Positions 37,177-49,449 of a DNA stretch of 64,000 nt are shown here, piece by piece. The position numbers and the translations under genes were made by a program. The notes under the pieces are model-generated. The model did not search any database, had not been told where the DNA came from, and worked only from the letters and a program-made list of their open reading frames with translations. The stretch is from Vitrella brassicaformis CCMP3155 (lineage: Eukaryota > Protista > Chromerida): positions 1 to 64,000 of the forward strand of contig CDMY01000362.1 in NCBI GenBank assembly GCA_001179505.1, given 5' to 3'. The stretch's first letter is position 1, and the number at the start of each line of letters is the position of its first letter.

Positions 37177-38959
37177 TCACGTCAGCTGCAGCGATCTGAA
37201 TGTCTCCCTGCCATCCCGCTCCCTCTTGACCCACCCCACCGCCCCCCACACCACCGCAGGCACATCCTTGCTGAAGCCGTTGTCGATCTGCCCCACCAGC
37301 TCCCACTTGGCCGCCTCGTCCAGGATGGCCCGCTGCACCACCTCACGCAACTCCATCTTGCGGCCGCCCACACCGCCCACCACAAATCACCGCAGCTGCG
37401 GCGCACGCACCACCTGGCCGCCCACATCGGTCGTCCCGCCCACCACCTCCCTGTTGCTGCTGGGCTGGTACACTGCCGACTTGACGAAGTGCTCCGCCGC
37501 CGCACACACACGGCGGGCCATGTCGCTGTGCCGCACCCCGATGGCCTCCTCTGTGATGGCCTCCTTGGCGGCGTCCATGTCGAAGAGGTATGACGCGATG
37601 CGCCAGCCGAAGATGGGGGCCTCCTGCGGGCCGGCGGCCAGCCGGGGGGTCAGGAGGGCCGCGAGGGAGCGGTGGGGGGCGAGGGCGGCGTTGACGGCCG
37701 CCATGACGGCAGTGGGCAGCTCGTTCAGCACTGTGGCGTACTCCGCCAGCACCAGCTGGCGCTGACGGCGGCCCTCCTCTGAGGCTGTGCGCATGCTGCT
37801 GATGTCGGCACCCGCCCGCAGCAGGCTGTGGATGATGCGCTTGTACTTATCACTCTCGGCGCGATACTCCTCCCCGGTGGCCTCGGACATGTCGGGGTGC
37901 TGCAGCTCTTGAAGTTGGGTGTGGTGATCGAGCCACCAGGCAGCTATGGCGAGGGGCGTCTCGCCGATGCCGAAGCAGTCCCGTCTGTCGATCTGGTCAG
38001 CGGGCAGCTTGCGGCAGAGGTAGTCGGCCACGTAGGGAGAGCCATAATATGCCGCGTCGTACAGTGGCGTCCGCCCACCGAGGCTCTCTGCCATGATGTC
38101 GGCCCCGTTCGCTGTGACGAGGTCCAGATAGCTGTCGACGAAGGACGGGGGGAAGTGGCCCTGTGCCCGCTCGGCTGCCCGATGCACCAGGTTGATGCCG
38201 TTGAAGCGTCGCTGGGTGGCGAGGGTGGGGTGTCGTGCGATGAGTCGCTGATGCCTCGACGTGAGCCGCTGCAGATCCTCGAGGGGAGGCGGACGCAGGG
38301 GGAGGGACAGCTTCATCATCATGTGTGCGCCTTCGTCTGGTACGCACAGCCCCACACGACACACACAGTGAAGGAATGTGTGTGCGGATCACATTCTTTC
38401 GCGTCTGTCTGTCTGTCTGGAAACACTGCTGACGCTCGTCGGATGGGGCGGTTGGTGCTGTCAATGAGTGCTTTACCGATTCGGATTCGCTATCAGCTGC
38501 CGCCTGTAGACCTCCCTCCTCCTCGGCCATCTCGCCGTCTTCCTCCTCGGTCATCTCGCTGTCTTCCTCCTCGGCCATCTCGCCGTCCTCCTCCTCGGTC
38601 ATCTCGCCGTCTTCCTCCTCACACAACAAATCTGAAACGAAGACATTCCAACACATTCGTCAACAACGCAAAAGTGAGTGTGCTACTGGTGTGTTGGTCA
38701 GTCTGTGTGGCGTGCTGTCGACTCACCACTGTCAGCGTTATTGTCGTCTTGCCCGTCTGCCTCCCCGCCGCCGTTGTTATCCTTCTCAACCACATCGTCT
38801 GCACACGCAGTCGAAGACACACATGCACGTGTGGCACTGATGCTGTGCGTTTGATGTGTCACATTCATCTGTATGTGGCGTACCTGCGTCGCCACCGCCA
38901 TCGCCATCGTCCGCCATGGCAGCGGAGGCCATGTGGGCGGCGTCGTCACCTCCAGACAT
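37177..38959 (-). CDS. Ankyrin-repeat protein of a lineage-expanded family, with an in-frame TGA near the C-terminus
   Basis: LVHRAA, GRTPLYDAAYYGSPYVADYL, GETPLAIAA, IIHSLLRAGAD. TGA at 37387-37389 is followed by an open, protein-like continuation in the same frame (to 37177). Confidence 0.75.
38521..38620 (-). repeat. 24-nt coding tandem repeat x4 (EEEDGEM[A/T])
   Basis: Seen directly. Confidence 0.92.
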
Positions 38960-39427
38960 TACTAACTCAAGCAGACGCCAACAGCTGCACCGACCACATA
39001 CAGAGAGGCGACAAGAGGTAGGCAGACACCTGGTGCATGTCTTGTGTCGTGTGTGTGCTCGCCCACCTAGCTATGAGCTCAAACAAGCCACCCGGTCAAC
39101 AAGGCCGACCTGCGCAACACCACGCCGACACGATCTCAACACGATGGCATGGCGAACCAATCGCATGTGCGGGTACCGTCGGACGAGAGCACAGCAGAAC
39201 TGCTAAGCGTCGCGGTGATTAACTCCCCAGAAGGCCTCGGCAGCAACGGAGGACCGACAGCGATATTCCCCCAGGACCGACAGCGACATTCCTTCCTCTC
39301 TTCCGAGCAGTTTCACGCAACGCCCTAGGGAATTGCGAGCTCAATTTCTCCCACGTCAGAGAGGAACGAAACGATGAAAGAAGACAATAAGAAAGAAGAC
39401 AATACCGTCCGACGAGCTATGCACGAG

Positions 39428-41900
39428 ATGCCAATGGCGAGTGTTCTTCCCGTTGCCCTGCGGTTGACTGTTTTCCTCTGCTTCCTCACCCTGTCGAGTC
39501 ACGGCAGCCTCCAGACCCTCCCCTACTCCGCTGATGCCGTCGTGCGGTCCTTGGGCGACTCTCTTGTGCTCCCTGTCGACGCGCTGGAGCAGGACTCGCG
39601 CAGCGCGTGTTCGTCGCTCGATGGGCCTTTCTGCGTCGGTCTGCTTGGGACGAGAGGAAGCATGGACGTGCTTGCCGGCACTCCCGTCTTTGGCGAGGGC
39701 ATCAACGGTCTCAAGGGGTGGAACGACGTCGGCAAAGGGATGGAGTTCGAGGACGCGACTGCCGAGTCGAGCTTCGCGGCAGTTCGCTTCAACGCCTGGA
39801 AGAGAAACCTGACGTCTGCCGATGAAGAGGCGCCGCCTGAGGACCTCTCACAGTCATCTGTCTATGCCATCTCGATCGGCCGCACTATGGATGACGTCGA
39901 GCAGCGGCTGACGACGCCCACGCCCCTCACCGACACGACGCCTCCCACCCAATCCATCGGCCGCCCTCTGTCGGGATTGCTGTCGTTCGAGTCCCTCTCC
40001 CCCGTCTACCGATACCTTCCCGTGTCGTTCTCGCGCGGCCTGCCCCCCAAAGTGCTCGCCACATGGTCATCAGGGTGGCATCTGACGGGCTCTCGGCCGC
40101 AGGAGCCGCCCGCCGTCCCGCTGCCGTTGAGTGGGAGGACTGGTGTGGTTTTCGGGCAGCAGAGCGCGCCTGTGGACACGGTGCGCTTCAGCCGGGCAGT
40201 GGTAGTGTCGGGGCTGCTCATGGTTAAACCTGACCCAATGCGGAACTCTGGCTGGGTGCGTGTGGAGGGGCTGAGTGGCAATGAGACCATGTGGACGATA
40301 GAGATGGACCTCAAGGCCTTCCCCACACGCTATGAGAACCTTCTGGCCGTCGACCCTAAGCTCTTCCCGCTCACTGATTCGCCCTATCGGCGCGTCACAG
40401 AGCTGCGGTTCAGCGCCTCGTCGCCATTCGCCGCTCAGGGCGTGGTGCTGGGTGGTCTGCTCGTGCACGCGCGGCACCCTGACGACGTGGGGGGCTATGA
40501 TGCGTCCTATCCCGACCTGTCTGTGGACTCTCTTGACTATGTCATTGATGGGGAGCCGGCCGGTGAGGCGCCCCCCTCACCAGTCCACGGGAGGGGGGGG
40601 GAGGCTCTGGCGTCGACAGTGTACCCCGACAGCTTTCGCGTGACCCTCCTGCGAGTCCACTATGACCGCGACAAGGCCGGCGGCCTGGTGCTCAAGCCCG
40701 AGCCGACTGACGACCTCCGTTCCTCCCCCCTGCCCTCCCCCGCCCCCTCATTAGTGCCGGCCATCAGCCACGTGCAGACACAGTCGCTGGATGTGCCCAT
40801 CGAGGCGCCCGTCATGTCGGTCATGGATGCGTCGACACTAGGCCTGCGCGTCAGGGGGCGGACCACCGGACAGACGGCCTTCTCGCGATGGCAGGGTGCC
40901 GAGGTCGAGGCGGATGGGCTGGGCGGGCTGCTGGACGGGAAGGTTGCGACCTCGGGACCGATCCAGGCGCTGCTCGACCAGCTCAAGGCGACAATGAGCG
41001 GTTTGTTTGGCACTGAGGGCGGGCAGGCTGGCGGTCCCATTGAGATGGTCGTGTCGGTGGTCGATACTGGCGATGGCGAGAGCACCGTATCGGTCCAGAC
41101 GCTGGGCGGACACCCGGTGAGCAACCAGACCAGCCAGACGCAGAATGATCCATATGTGATGACGTGTGTTCCTTCTTTTTCTTTGTGCGTGTGTGTATGA
41201 CTGTCAGCTTGACGAGTCGACTCGTGAGATGGCTGAGTCGCTGGCCAAGATGATGACACCGCAGCTCACGGCTAACAAGGACAAACTCACCAAGCGGAAG
41301 AAGCCCGCCACCGCCGGCGAGGAGCCCCCACACCCATCACAGCATGAAGACGCATATCACGACCAGCAGCCGTCGGCACCATCATTAGAAGACAGCGACG
41401 CATCCACTCTCTCGGATCCATCACAGCCAGAGGCCGACTCATCAAACGTCTACCGGTGGAGCAAGAAACATCAACACACAGACGAGGAGGACGACACAGC
41501 GGCAGAGGAGGAGGATGAAGATATCGGTGAGGATGACGAGTCGATGCCGCTGCCCAAGAAGGGTCGGCGGGCGCTGGACGGCGGCAAGGGGTGGATAGAG
41601 TGGGACGTGCTGCCCATGGGCGAGATTCAGATGCCCGCAGAGGGATTCGACATGGCCATGCTGCAGCAGGAACTCGAAAAACAACTCGGCAGCTTCGTTC
41701 AGGGTGAGTCAGACACACAGACACAGACACGCACGCCGAAAAGAGCCTGTATCGCCATGCAGCTCATTGCGGGTGTGTTGTGCGTCATGTGTCGATCAGA
41801 GGTGCTGAAAGGCACTCAGGCGGCCAACGGTGACAACACCTCATCCGACAACGACCAGAACGAACAACGGCGGCAGCAGAACAGCGGCGCACACGCATAG
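39428..41900 (+). CDS. Orphan secreted protein (signal peptide, ~1.7 kb first exon, acidic C-terminal region)
   Basis: MPMASVLPVALRLTVFLCFLTLSSHG signal; 608-aa ORF; donors at ~41117 and ~41703; acidic exon; stop at 41898-41900. Confidence 0.7.
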
Positions 41901-43251
41901 ACCCCCCCTCCCCGGCCTCCCACCAGCAGCAGCAGCAACAGCGGTCTGGATGCATGGCATGGACCCCTCTTCTGTCCGTCCGTCAGTGCTGCGGTGTCCC
42001 TCCTTCCCCCTCCCCATCTGTGTGCTGGCGGGGCGGGCTCCTCAATCGAGGGCCTGCTGAGCTCAGCGGTGCGGCTGGGTGTGTGGTGTGGGAGGCGGGG
42101 GCAGCCACAGCCGATGCGACTGAGAGCCAGACGATTGATGGATGCGTCTTGTCAGCCGTGTTTTTTGGTGCGTGCGTGCGTGCGGCGAGGAGGGTCCAGG
42201 CGTGTGTGAAGCAGGCGACATGTGATATCTTTTTCCCTGTGGGGTGGTTGTGCGTGGGCGTGCATTGTACAGGCAGTCAGGCAGACACGCCCACGCACGC
42301 ACGCACAGACAGATTGATTGATGCGGGCCTTTATTTCCTCATTCTCTTTCTTGCTGGAAGGCTGCATGAGTCATCGATCCGTGTACAGACAGACAGACAG
42401 ACATAGCGGTGCCGATTTTTGCCCCTGTTGAGGTATCTTTTTCTCCCCCTCTCGGAGCACAGACAGCATGGCACGAGTGCAGGTGGGTGTAGAATACCGA
42501 CCGAGAGGGCCGCGGACGGACTCTCCTCTGTTTGATGTGTGAATCTGGCTGGGTGGCTGTGTGGCGGGCAGGCTGCCGTATAGGCAATGCATGCGGACGC
42601 ATGCACCAAGGAGGGCTGGGAGGGAGAGTCAATTAACGTAACGGCAGCCTGGATTGCTGGGGTGGTGGGCTGGTGGTGTGGTGTGGCGGGGGTATGGGTA
42701 TTTGTCCGAAGGTGTGCATGTGATGTGCCTCCATCGACACGTGTGTGTGTGTGTGTGTGTGTTTGTTTGTGGACATGGATGACATGAGAGACCCCACTCC
42801 TGCTGCCACGCACGTCTTGTCTCGATGAATGCTATTCGTGGCTTGATGAAACACTATTCATCACTCATTCCTTGACTTCATTCCTTGCAAACTCCGTTTA
42901 CAGACAGAGCAGAAACCCTGCTTCTGCCCTCATGAACGGGGGCGTAGACACAGTTTGTTTGCGGAAGGACACCGAACCCCTCACACGCGAAACTGCCGCC
43001 AGGTGAGCCATATGCATCACGAAACGCCACAAAAGGACCTTCGTGTTTCCATCGCCCCTGGTCGCTTGTGGCTGCCGTGCTGTGTTTCTGGTGGTCAGGT
43101 GATGGTTCGTTGAGAGGAGGTGTAGCGCATCCCTGTGATGGAGCCCGGCGGATTCCGAGATGACTCGTCCGTGGGGCTGTCGTCACACAACGCACTCAAC
43201 ACACAACACAATGCTCCGATGCGTAAGCAAGAACGACCAACACGCACAACG

Positions 43252-46200
43252 ATGGAGCGCAATGAACGGATGAACGGATGGAGAAATGGATCATCCAAAC
43301 AACTCTGGCTCTTGTGTGTTGTGTCAGCACGCCTTCCAGCATTCCCCATTCCCAGAGTCCCTCTCGCATCACCCGTGTATGGCCGCCCTCCCCGCCCTCC
43401 CCCTCACCTGCCCCACCTGCACCCCGGCATCCCCTCGCACGTCCCCGGCGTCCCTCCCTCCGCTGCGCGCATCCGTCCACATCCGATCTACGCCAATCCC
43501 ATGGCCTCGAGTGCGCAACTCGGCTTCACAGCCAACCGCCCCCCCTTCTTGCCGCCGCAGAGTCTCGGCGTGCACGGGTCGAGTGTGATGGCAGCAGGTC
43601 CGTTGTTGCGGCCGACGGGAAGTGGCGGCAGGGGGGAGTCTGTCCGACACGGGAGTGATGTAGGTGACGAGGTGGCGGTGGAGGGGAGTGTGCAGGAGGT
43701 GGTAGAGTCTCTCAGGACACACATAGAACAGGTGAGATGACCGCATCACCGACTCACCACCACAGACATCGCATGTGGTCTTTCTCCCGTCCTGCAGATT
43801 GGTTGGGCTGGGCGAGTTCTGCGGGATGAGCACTCGCGAGCTCTCAAGCCGGATTGCGAAATGCCCATTCAGACACACAACAATGAAGACGCTGGCCAGG
43901 TGCATACACTCAAAGCAGCACAGGTCACACACAGCTGCACACATACATCCTTTCCTCTCCATAACCTTTCTGTGTCCAGGAGGATGCCGGCGGTTCTGCA
44001 GTGGAGCGTCTCCGTCAGGCGGCCGAGAAGGTGGAGGCTGCAGAGGCGTCGCTGTTGAGTGCGGCCAACACCCTCCTGCCTATGACCCAGATCCCTGCAT
44101 CAGCATCAGCACTGGTATGCGCCTGAGCATTGGGAGAGGCCACCAGACCTCTGACATGACCTCACCGATCGGTGTTGTGTGTTGTGCCAGCATGACCGAC
44201 CACCGTCGTATCGTCTGGTCAAACTCAGCGACAGACAGCCACCGCCCGAGCCACCGGTGCGCACACACCACTGCACACATAACTCCACGCAGCGAATCCC
44301 ACTCGTTCACCTGTCCCTTCTCTGCATGTGTGGGTGTATCTGTGCAGGCGGCAGATCGTGTGTACGGCAACGTGGACGCCAGCGGCCACCTGCTGACCAT
44401 GCACTCGTTCTGGCAGCTCGCCAAGGCCGCCGCCCCCCACTTCGACCGCATAGTCTTCGACTACAGATGCCGCGACGAGTGGGAGGCGGTGCCCCCCTCC
44501 GCGGCATTCGAGATCGGCAAGCGTGCCGTGAACCTCAAGACCGTGGTAGTGCGGCACCCCTTCCACTCCCCTCACTGGTGGATCGGCGGCTGGTCGTCGT
44601 TCATCGAGGGGCACTCGCGCGGCGTGGAGGAGAGGAGGAAGACCGGGTGGCAGGGTGGGGGGATCGAGGAACTCGTCTTTGTGACCATCCTCGCCCCGGA
44701 CGCCAGCCTTCCCCAAACGGCCCCCCACACACCTCCTTCGCCCATCACCCTCCTCCCATCCTTCAATTTCCCGGCACTCAAGTCCATCGAGGGCGCCGAC
44801 CAGGACCACCGTCACCTGTTCGACAGTCGGCGGTGGCGCATGCCGGCTCTCGAGCGGTTCGAGGGGGGGGCGATGTCCTTTGGGGCGTTCTGCGGCACGT
44901 CCGATCGGCTGCAGTCCTTAGATGTTGGCGCCACTGTCGTTGGCAACGTAGCTGGTGTGATCGAGGGATTCCCAGGGGAGGGGTCGTCCAAGCTCGAGCG
45001 TCTGCAGCAGATACGTGGCCTCGTCTTGGTGGGCCGGGACGCGGACTCAGAAAACATCGACAGACTTCGAGTGAGGCGCAAAGAGCACACAGAGAGATAT
45101 CCGAGACATCAGGTCGTTGTCTGTGTCTTAATCGTGTCTTCTATAGGACGCGCTCAAGTCGCGGGGCTGCTCGAAGGTGCAGCATCTTGGCGTCATTTGC
45201 CGATCGGGCATCAACTTCAAGATCACCCTGCCCACCCTCCGGGCCATCGAAGGATTCCTCCCTGCGGCAGTCCCCCGATCCGGCCTTCCCACGGGGGCCG
45301 AGCTGTCGGTCAGCTTTAAGACCCGGCCCAGCCTCAGCTTCGACATGTCGCTGCTGCATCGCATCCCCGCCCCCTCCCCCCTGATGAAGGACATGCTGCG
45401 GCAGCTCGCCTCGCCCGCCCTCCAAGTCATGTGGGCGCCGGACGTGAGCTTCATCGAGCACCCGACCAGCCTCTCATGCGAGAAGGCCTTCATAGAGAGC
45501 ATCCGATTCAACAGCGCCTTTCAGCTGACCATCCTCCAGAGCGGCCCCACCCTCCCTGCCGGCCACCCCTCCACCCCTGACCCGCACGCACCCTCATCAT
45601 ATGTGTGGTCTGTCATCGACTACATCGCCCCATCGGCATTCCCGAATGCACTCAGCTACCTGACTGTAGCCGGTCCGTTCGGCTGTGCGGCGGCCACCCG
45701 GCTGCTGACGGCGGGCAAGGTCTGCATGACGGCAGAGTCTCGCGTGTGGGCGTATGACGTGCAGGGGTCGGAGGCCCTTGACCTGATGAGGGCGATGGGC
45801 AGCGGGACAGCGCCCGGGGTGGTGCAGATAAAGGGCGTGGCGGGGGGGAATGTGGGCGGGCTGGATGAGTGGGCGCGGGCGAGCGCTCAAGATGAGCTGC
45901 CCAAGACCGATTACCTTCACATCATCCTTGACGACCGTAAGCAAACGAGACAGATGCAACTCGTCCATCCAGAAATGCATTACAATGTCTCTGTCCCCTT
46001 CTGTGTGTACACGGCTCAGAGTTAGCCGACGGCATAGCGTGGGAGCAGTTGGATACGATGCTGGAGCAGATTGTGCAGCCGACGAAGTGGCTAGTCCTCA
46101 CGCTCCGCATGCGAGACGAAGAGGAGTTCCTGGCCGCCGTCAAGAAGATGACAGCCACGTTTCTGGCTGCCGACGTATGGACAGTCGACCCCTCCTCGCG

Positions 46201-46318
46201 GGCCCTCCGCATCTCTCGCGACCGGACGTACGGGTGGAGGGAGGAGGATTCCATGCTCACATGGATGTGCGGATATCTTTGGGTGTCTGTCTGTCTGTCT
46301 ATCGTGGCCGTCAGGTAG
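43252..46318 (+). CDS. Lineage-specific protein with a Pro-rich N-terminus, possible F-box-like segment and LRR-like repeats
   Basis: ORFs 43135..43740, 43775..45319 and 45177..46025 joined by canonical introns; motifs EWEAVP...FEIGKRAVNLKTVVVRHP, FPALKSIEG, MPALERFEG. The family call rests on recollection of chromerid-expanded proteins; boundaries are uncertain. Confidence 0.45.
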
Positions 46319-47075
46319 CTGCTGCTGTTGGCGCGCACACGAGTGCATCATCTATTCATCGATGTCTGTCTGTGGGTGGGTGTGGTTACGTATGAGAAAG
46401 ACTCAGGGGTAGAAGGGGTGTAGATTTGCCCAATGTATGTCTGTCTGTGTGTATGTGTGTGGTGCGTGCGGACGGTGCGAAAGTCAACCCTTCATACGTG
46501 TCCACGGTCGTCATCTCACGGTGTCCACCGAAGCCTCGCAGCTATCACCACACAGTCCTCTGCCACGTCCCGTCCATACAACATGCACCCTTGTAGCCAC
46601 ACCTCCCGCACGCACACAAACCCATCCGTCCAGTCCTGGTCATATTCAGTCCGTCCACACGTGCGCCCTCCGTCTGTACACTTGCACACGCTAACACGCA
46701 CACACACACACACACACACACGGGGCGCCTGAACGCTCGCCAAAACCTGACTTGGGCTACGTACGTTGGCTACCTGTCAACAAGACAAGACGAGAAGCAA
46801 CAGCGAATGGGTAACGTACGACTGACAAGGGAAAAACACCGTGACGCGATAAACAAATGGAGGAAGAGATGCGAAAAAGACGGGGGAAAAACCTGTAGCT
46901 AGGCTGTGTCGTGGCCGAAAAATGAGACCCACACCCCTCTCTTGGTGTGCACACACAGAATTGTTGGTTGGTTCGAATGAGGCCAAAAAGGACCCAAGAC
47001 ACTCGCTCAACGCTCGGCACTCGGCACTCGGCAAAAACACGCGCCGCTCCAACGGTCTATCTATTTATCTAGCCA

Positions 47076-49155
47076 TCACCCCTTCATGACGCCCCTCACA
47101 CCCTGCCTCTCTGCGCTGCTCTCCTCATGGCTGTGGGTGTCGGTGTGGTTGGTGTCCTTCTTTCTGGGTGGTGTGACGGGGCAGTCCAGGAGGTGTGGGT
47201 GTGGGGGCGCCAGGAGCGAGTTGAGCACTCGCACAAACGGCGCTCGCAGCACCGATGAACGCGAGAAACCCACTCGCGGCGGTGTGGACTCACACCTACA
47301 CGAACCACCACACGAGACAGTGTGCCGTGGGTGTCTCGCGGTGTGTGTGCATGTTGTCCCTAACTGACTGACCATTCCCGGAAGTCATCGAAAGATATGG
47401 ACCGCTCGTCTTTGTCTCCCTGCCCCTCCCCGTTGGCCGTCACCATATCGTGGGCAGGGTCGTGCTGCAGCGAAGACAGGTGCTGCTGCTGCTGCTGGTG
47501 CTGGTGCTGCTGTGCGATGATGCCGATGATGGGAGTGGGGTATGACGGCACGGGGGGCCGCTGGTCGGGCGGGGTCAGCTGCTGCTGGTGGTGATTTGAC
47601 GAGAGGCGCGAGAAACACTCGGTGGCCGACTCACGGGAGAGCTGGATCACCTGAAGGAAGGCAGCAGGGCATGGGGGATGCACGCAGAGGCACATACATA
47701 GATGTGTGTGCGTGGTGCGGTGCATCCAAGCGTACCGATTGCGGCTGCACGCCTGCCTTCTTGAGGTCAAGAACCACAGCGGGGGTCAGCATGACTGGGG
47801 CGAGGCGGCAAGACACCACACATCCAGACGTCAGTCGGTGCCCATATCGTAGCTGTGGTTACCTGCTTACCTCTGTATATGGTAGACAGCAGGTCGACCA
47901 TCTCGTCGTATGTGATGTGACCGTCGCCATCGACGTCAAACAACTCAAACAAACCTGCACACACAAATGATACGATAGACACCAATCAGACGCCCCTCCC
48001 CTCGTGCAGTGCGCTGAGACCTCTGAGTCTCTGCTCCTTGTCGCCCTCGCAGAACTGTGCGAGGCCGCACACCAACTCCAACACGTCAACCACACCATTG
48101 CGCTTCTGATCCAACACGCTGAACAACTCTGCACACACACCAATACACCAATACACACACGATGGATGGATTTGTGTCTGTCTGTGCATCCTCTGAGGCA
48201 GGTACCCTTGATGTGTTGGTTGTCTATGTGGAGGTTGGCCTCGTCCGCCACTCGCTGGAGGGCCGTCTCGAAGCCCTCCCGATACACCATCCCGTGCTCG
48301 ATCTCGCGACGCACCGAACGCAACACTGACAAACACAACGCACCCACATGAAGTTGATAAGGTATGGATGGCAGACAGAATCGTTCTCGCCTCTGTCCTG
48401 TGTGTGTGTCCTCACCCTTTTCGATGGGCAGGTGGTGCAGTTGTGTCTTTCGTCTGAGGTCGCAGAGGTCCACCTGCCCGTCCCGTGTGATGTGGTAAGC
48501 CTGCGCCCACCCCTTCCCCGCCGACTCCTCGTCATGGACAGAGTGCCCGTGGTGCATCGACGATCGACGACCCGTCTTGGGCCGATCCACACGCCTGCAG
48601 GCCATCCGCCAATGAAACGGACACACGACACAGACAGACCAGTCAAGTGCCTCTCCTCTCCTGTGTGTACCTGGCGTTGAATTTGTTGGCCAGAGAGGAC
48701 TTCATTCCCTCTTCTAACGCACTCAGATCCAGGATCATGCCGCCGCGCTTCGGGGCATTGCTACCGCTGCTGGTGCTGGCGCTGGTTGATGAGTGAGAGG
48801 CCGACGTGTGTGAATGCCCATGCGCGTGTGATGCCGACTTGCGCCCGGTGTGCGGGTGGTCTGCTGCAGGGGAGGAGGGTGGAGGGAGGGGAGGCGGCTG
48901 GGTCTGCCGGTCGCCTTGCACCCTGCACAGCGCACCCACAGATATATCATTCCAACACACACATGGTGAAGACGCACCTCTCTCTGCCCATCTGCCTTAC
49001 CGTGAGTTGTATGTGTCGACGAAGTCCCGATAAATCCCATCGAGTGACGCCGTCACCTCGTCCATGTCCACACCGCCGCCTCCCACACGCGCAGCGCCGC
49101 TAACGCGCCGCCACTGACCACTGAAGGGCCATCTTAATTGGAACAGCGGCATGAT
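47076..49155 (-). CDS. EF-hand calcium-binding protein (recoverin/NCS/calcineurin-B-like core) with long extensions
   Basis: ELFSVLDQKRNGVVDVLELVCGLAQFCEGDKEQRLR-GLFELFDVDGDGHITYDEMVDLL, and ISFDDFREW. The start is uncertain. Confidence 0.8.
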
Positions 49156-49449
49156 GGCGCCTCGCCGAAACTGATGCAGGGCTCGCAGAGAAACGCGCGG
49201 TTCCATTGGAGGACAATTCAGTTGCAATTCAGCAAACAGAAAGGCCAACGCTGCAGCTGCACGCTTCCTTTCGGATCTCGGTGAAGAGTAGACGCCGTTT
49301 CCTTCGGAAATACAGCTCTCTCACGTGCTTGCCCACACAGCAAAACCTAAGGCAGCTCCTCTCCACCTTTGCCTCCGCTGCACGCTCCAGCTCGCGCCCC
49401 TTTTTCGAAGCTCGCATTTGCCAGAGAAGTAGAAGGAGAGACGATACCG

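Noticed and set aside
13927-46318. Apparent ubiquitin-pathway cluster (E2, CHFR, BTB, F-box-like)
   Set aside because: The genes are scattered among unrelated ones and these families are abundant; no evidence of functional clustering
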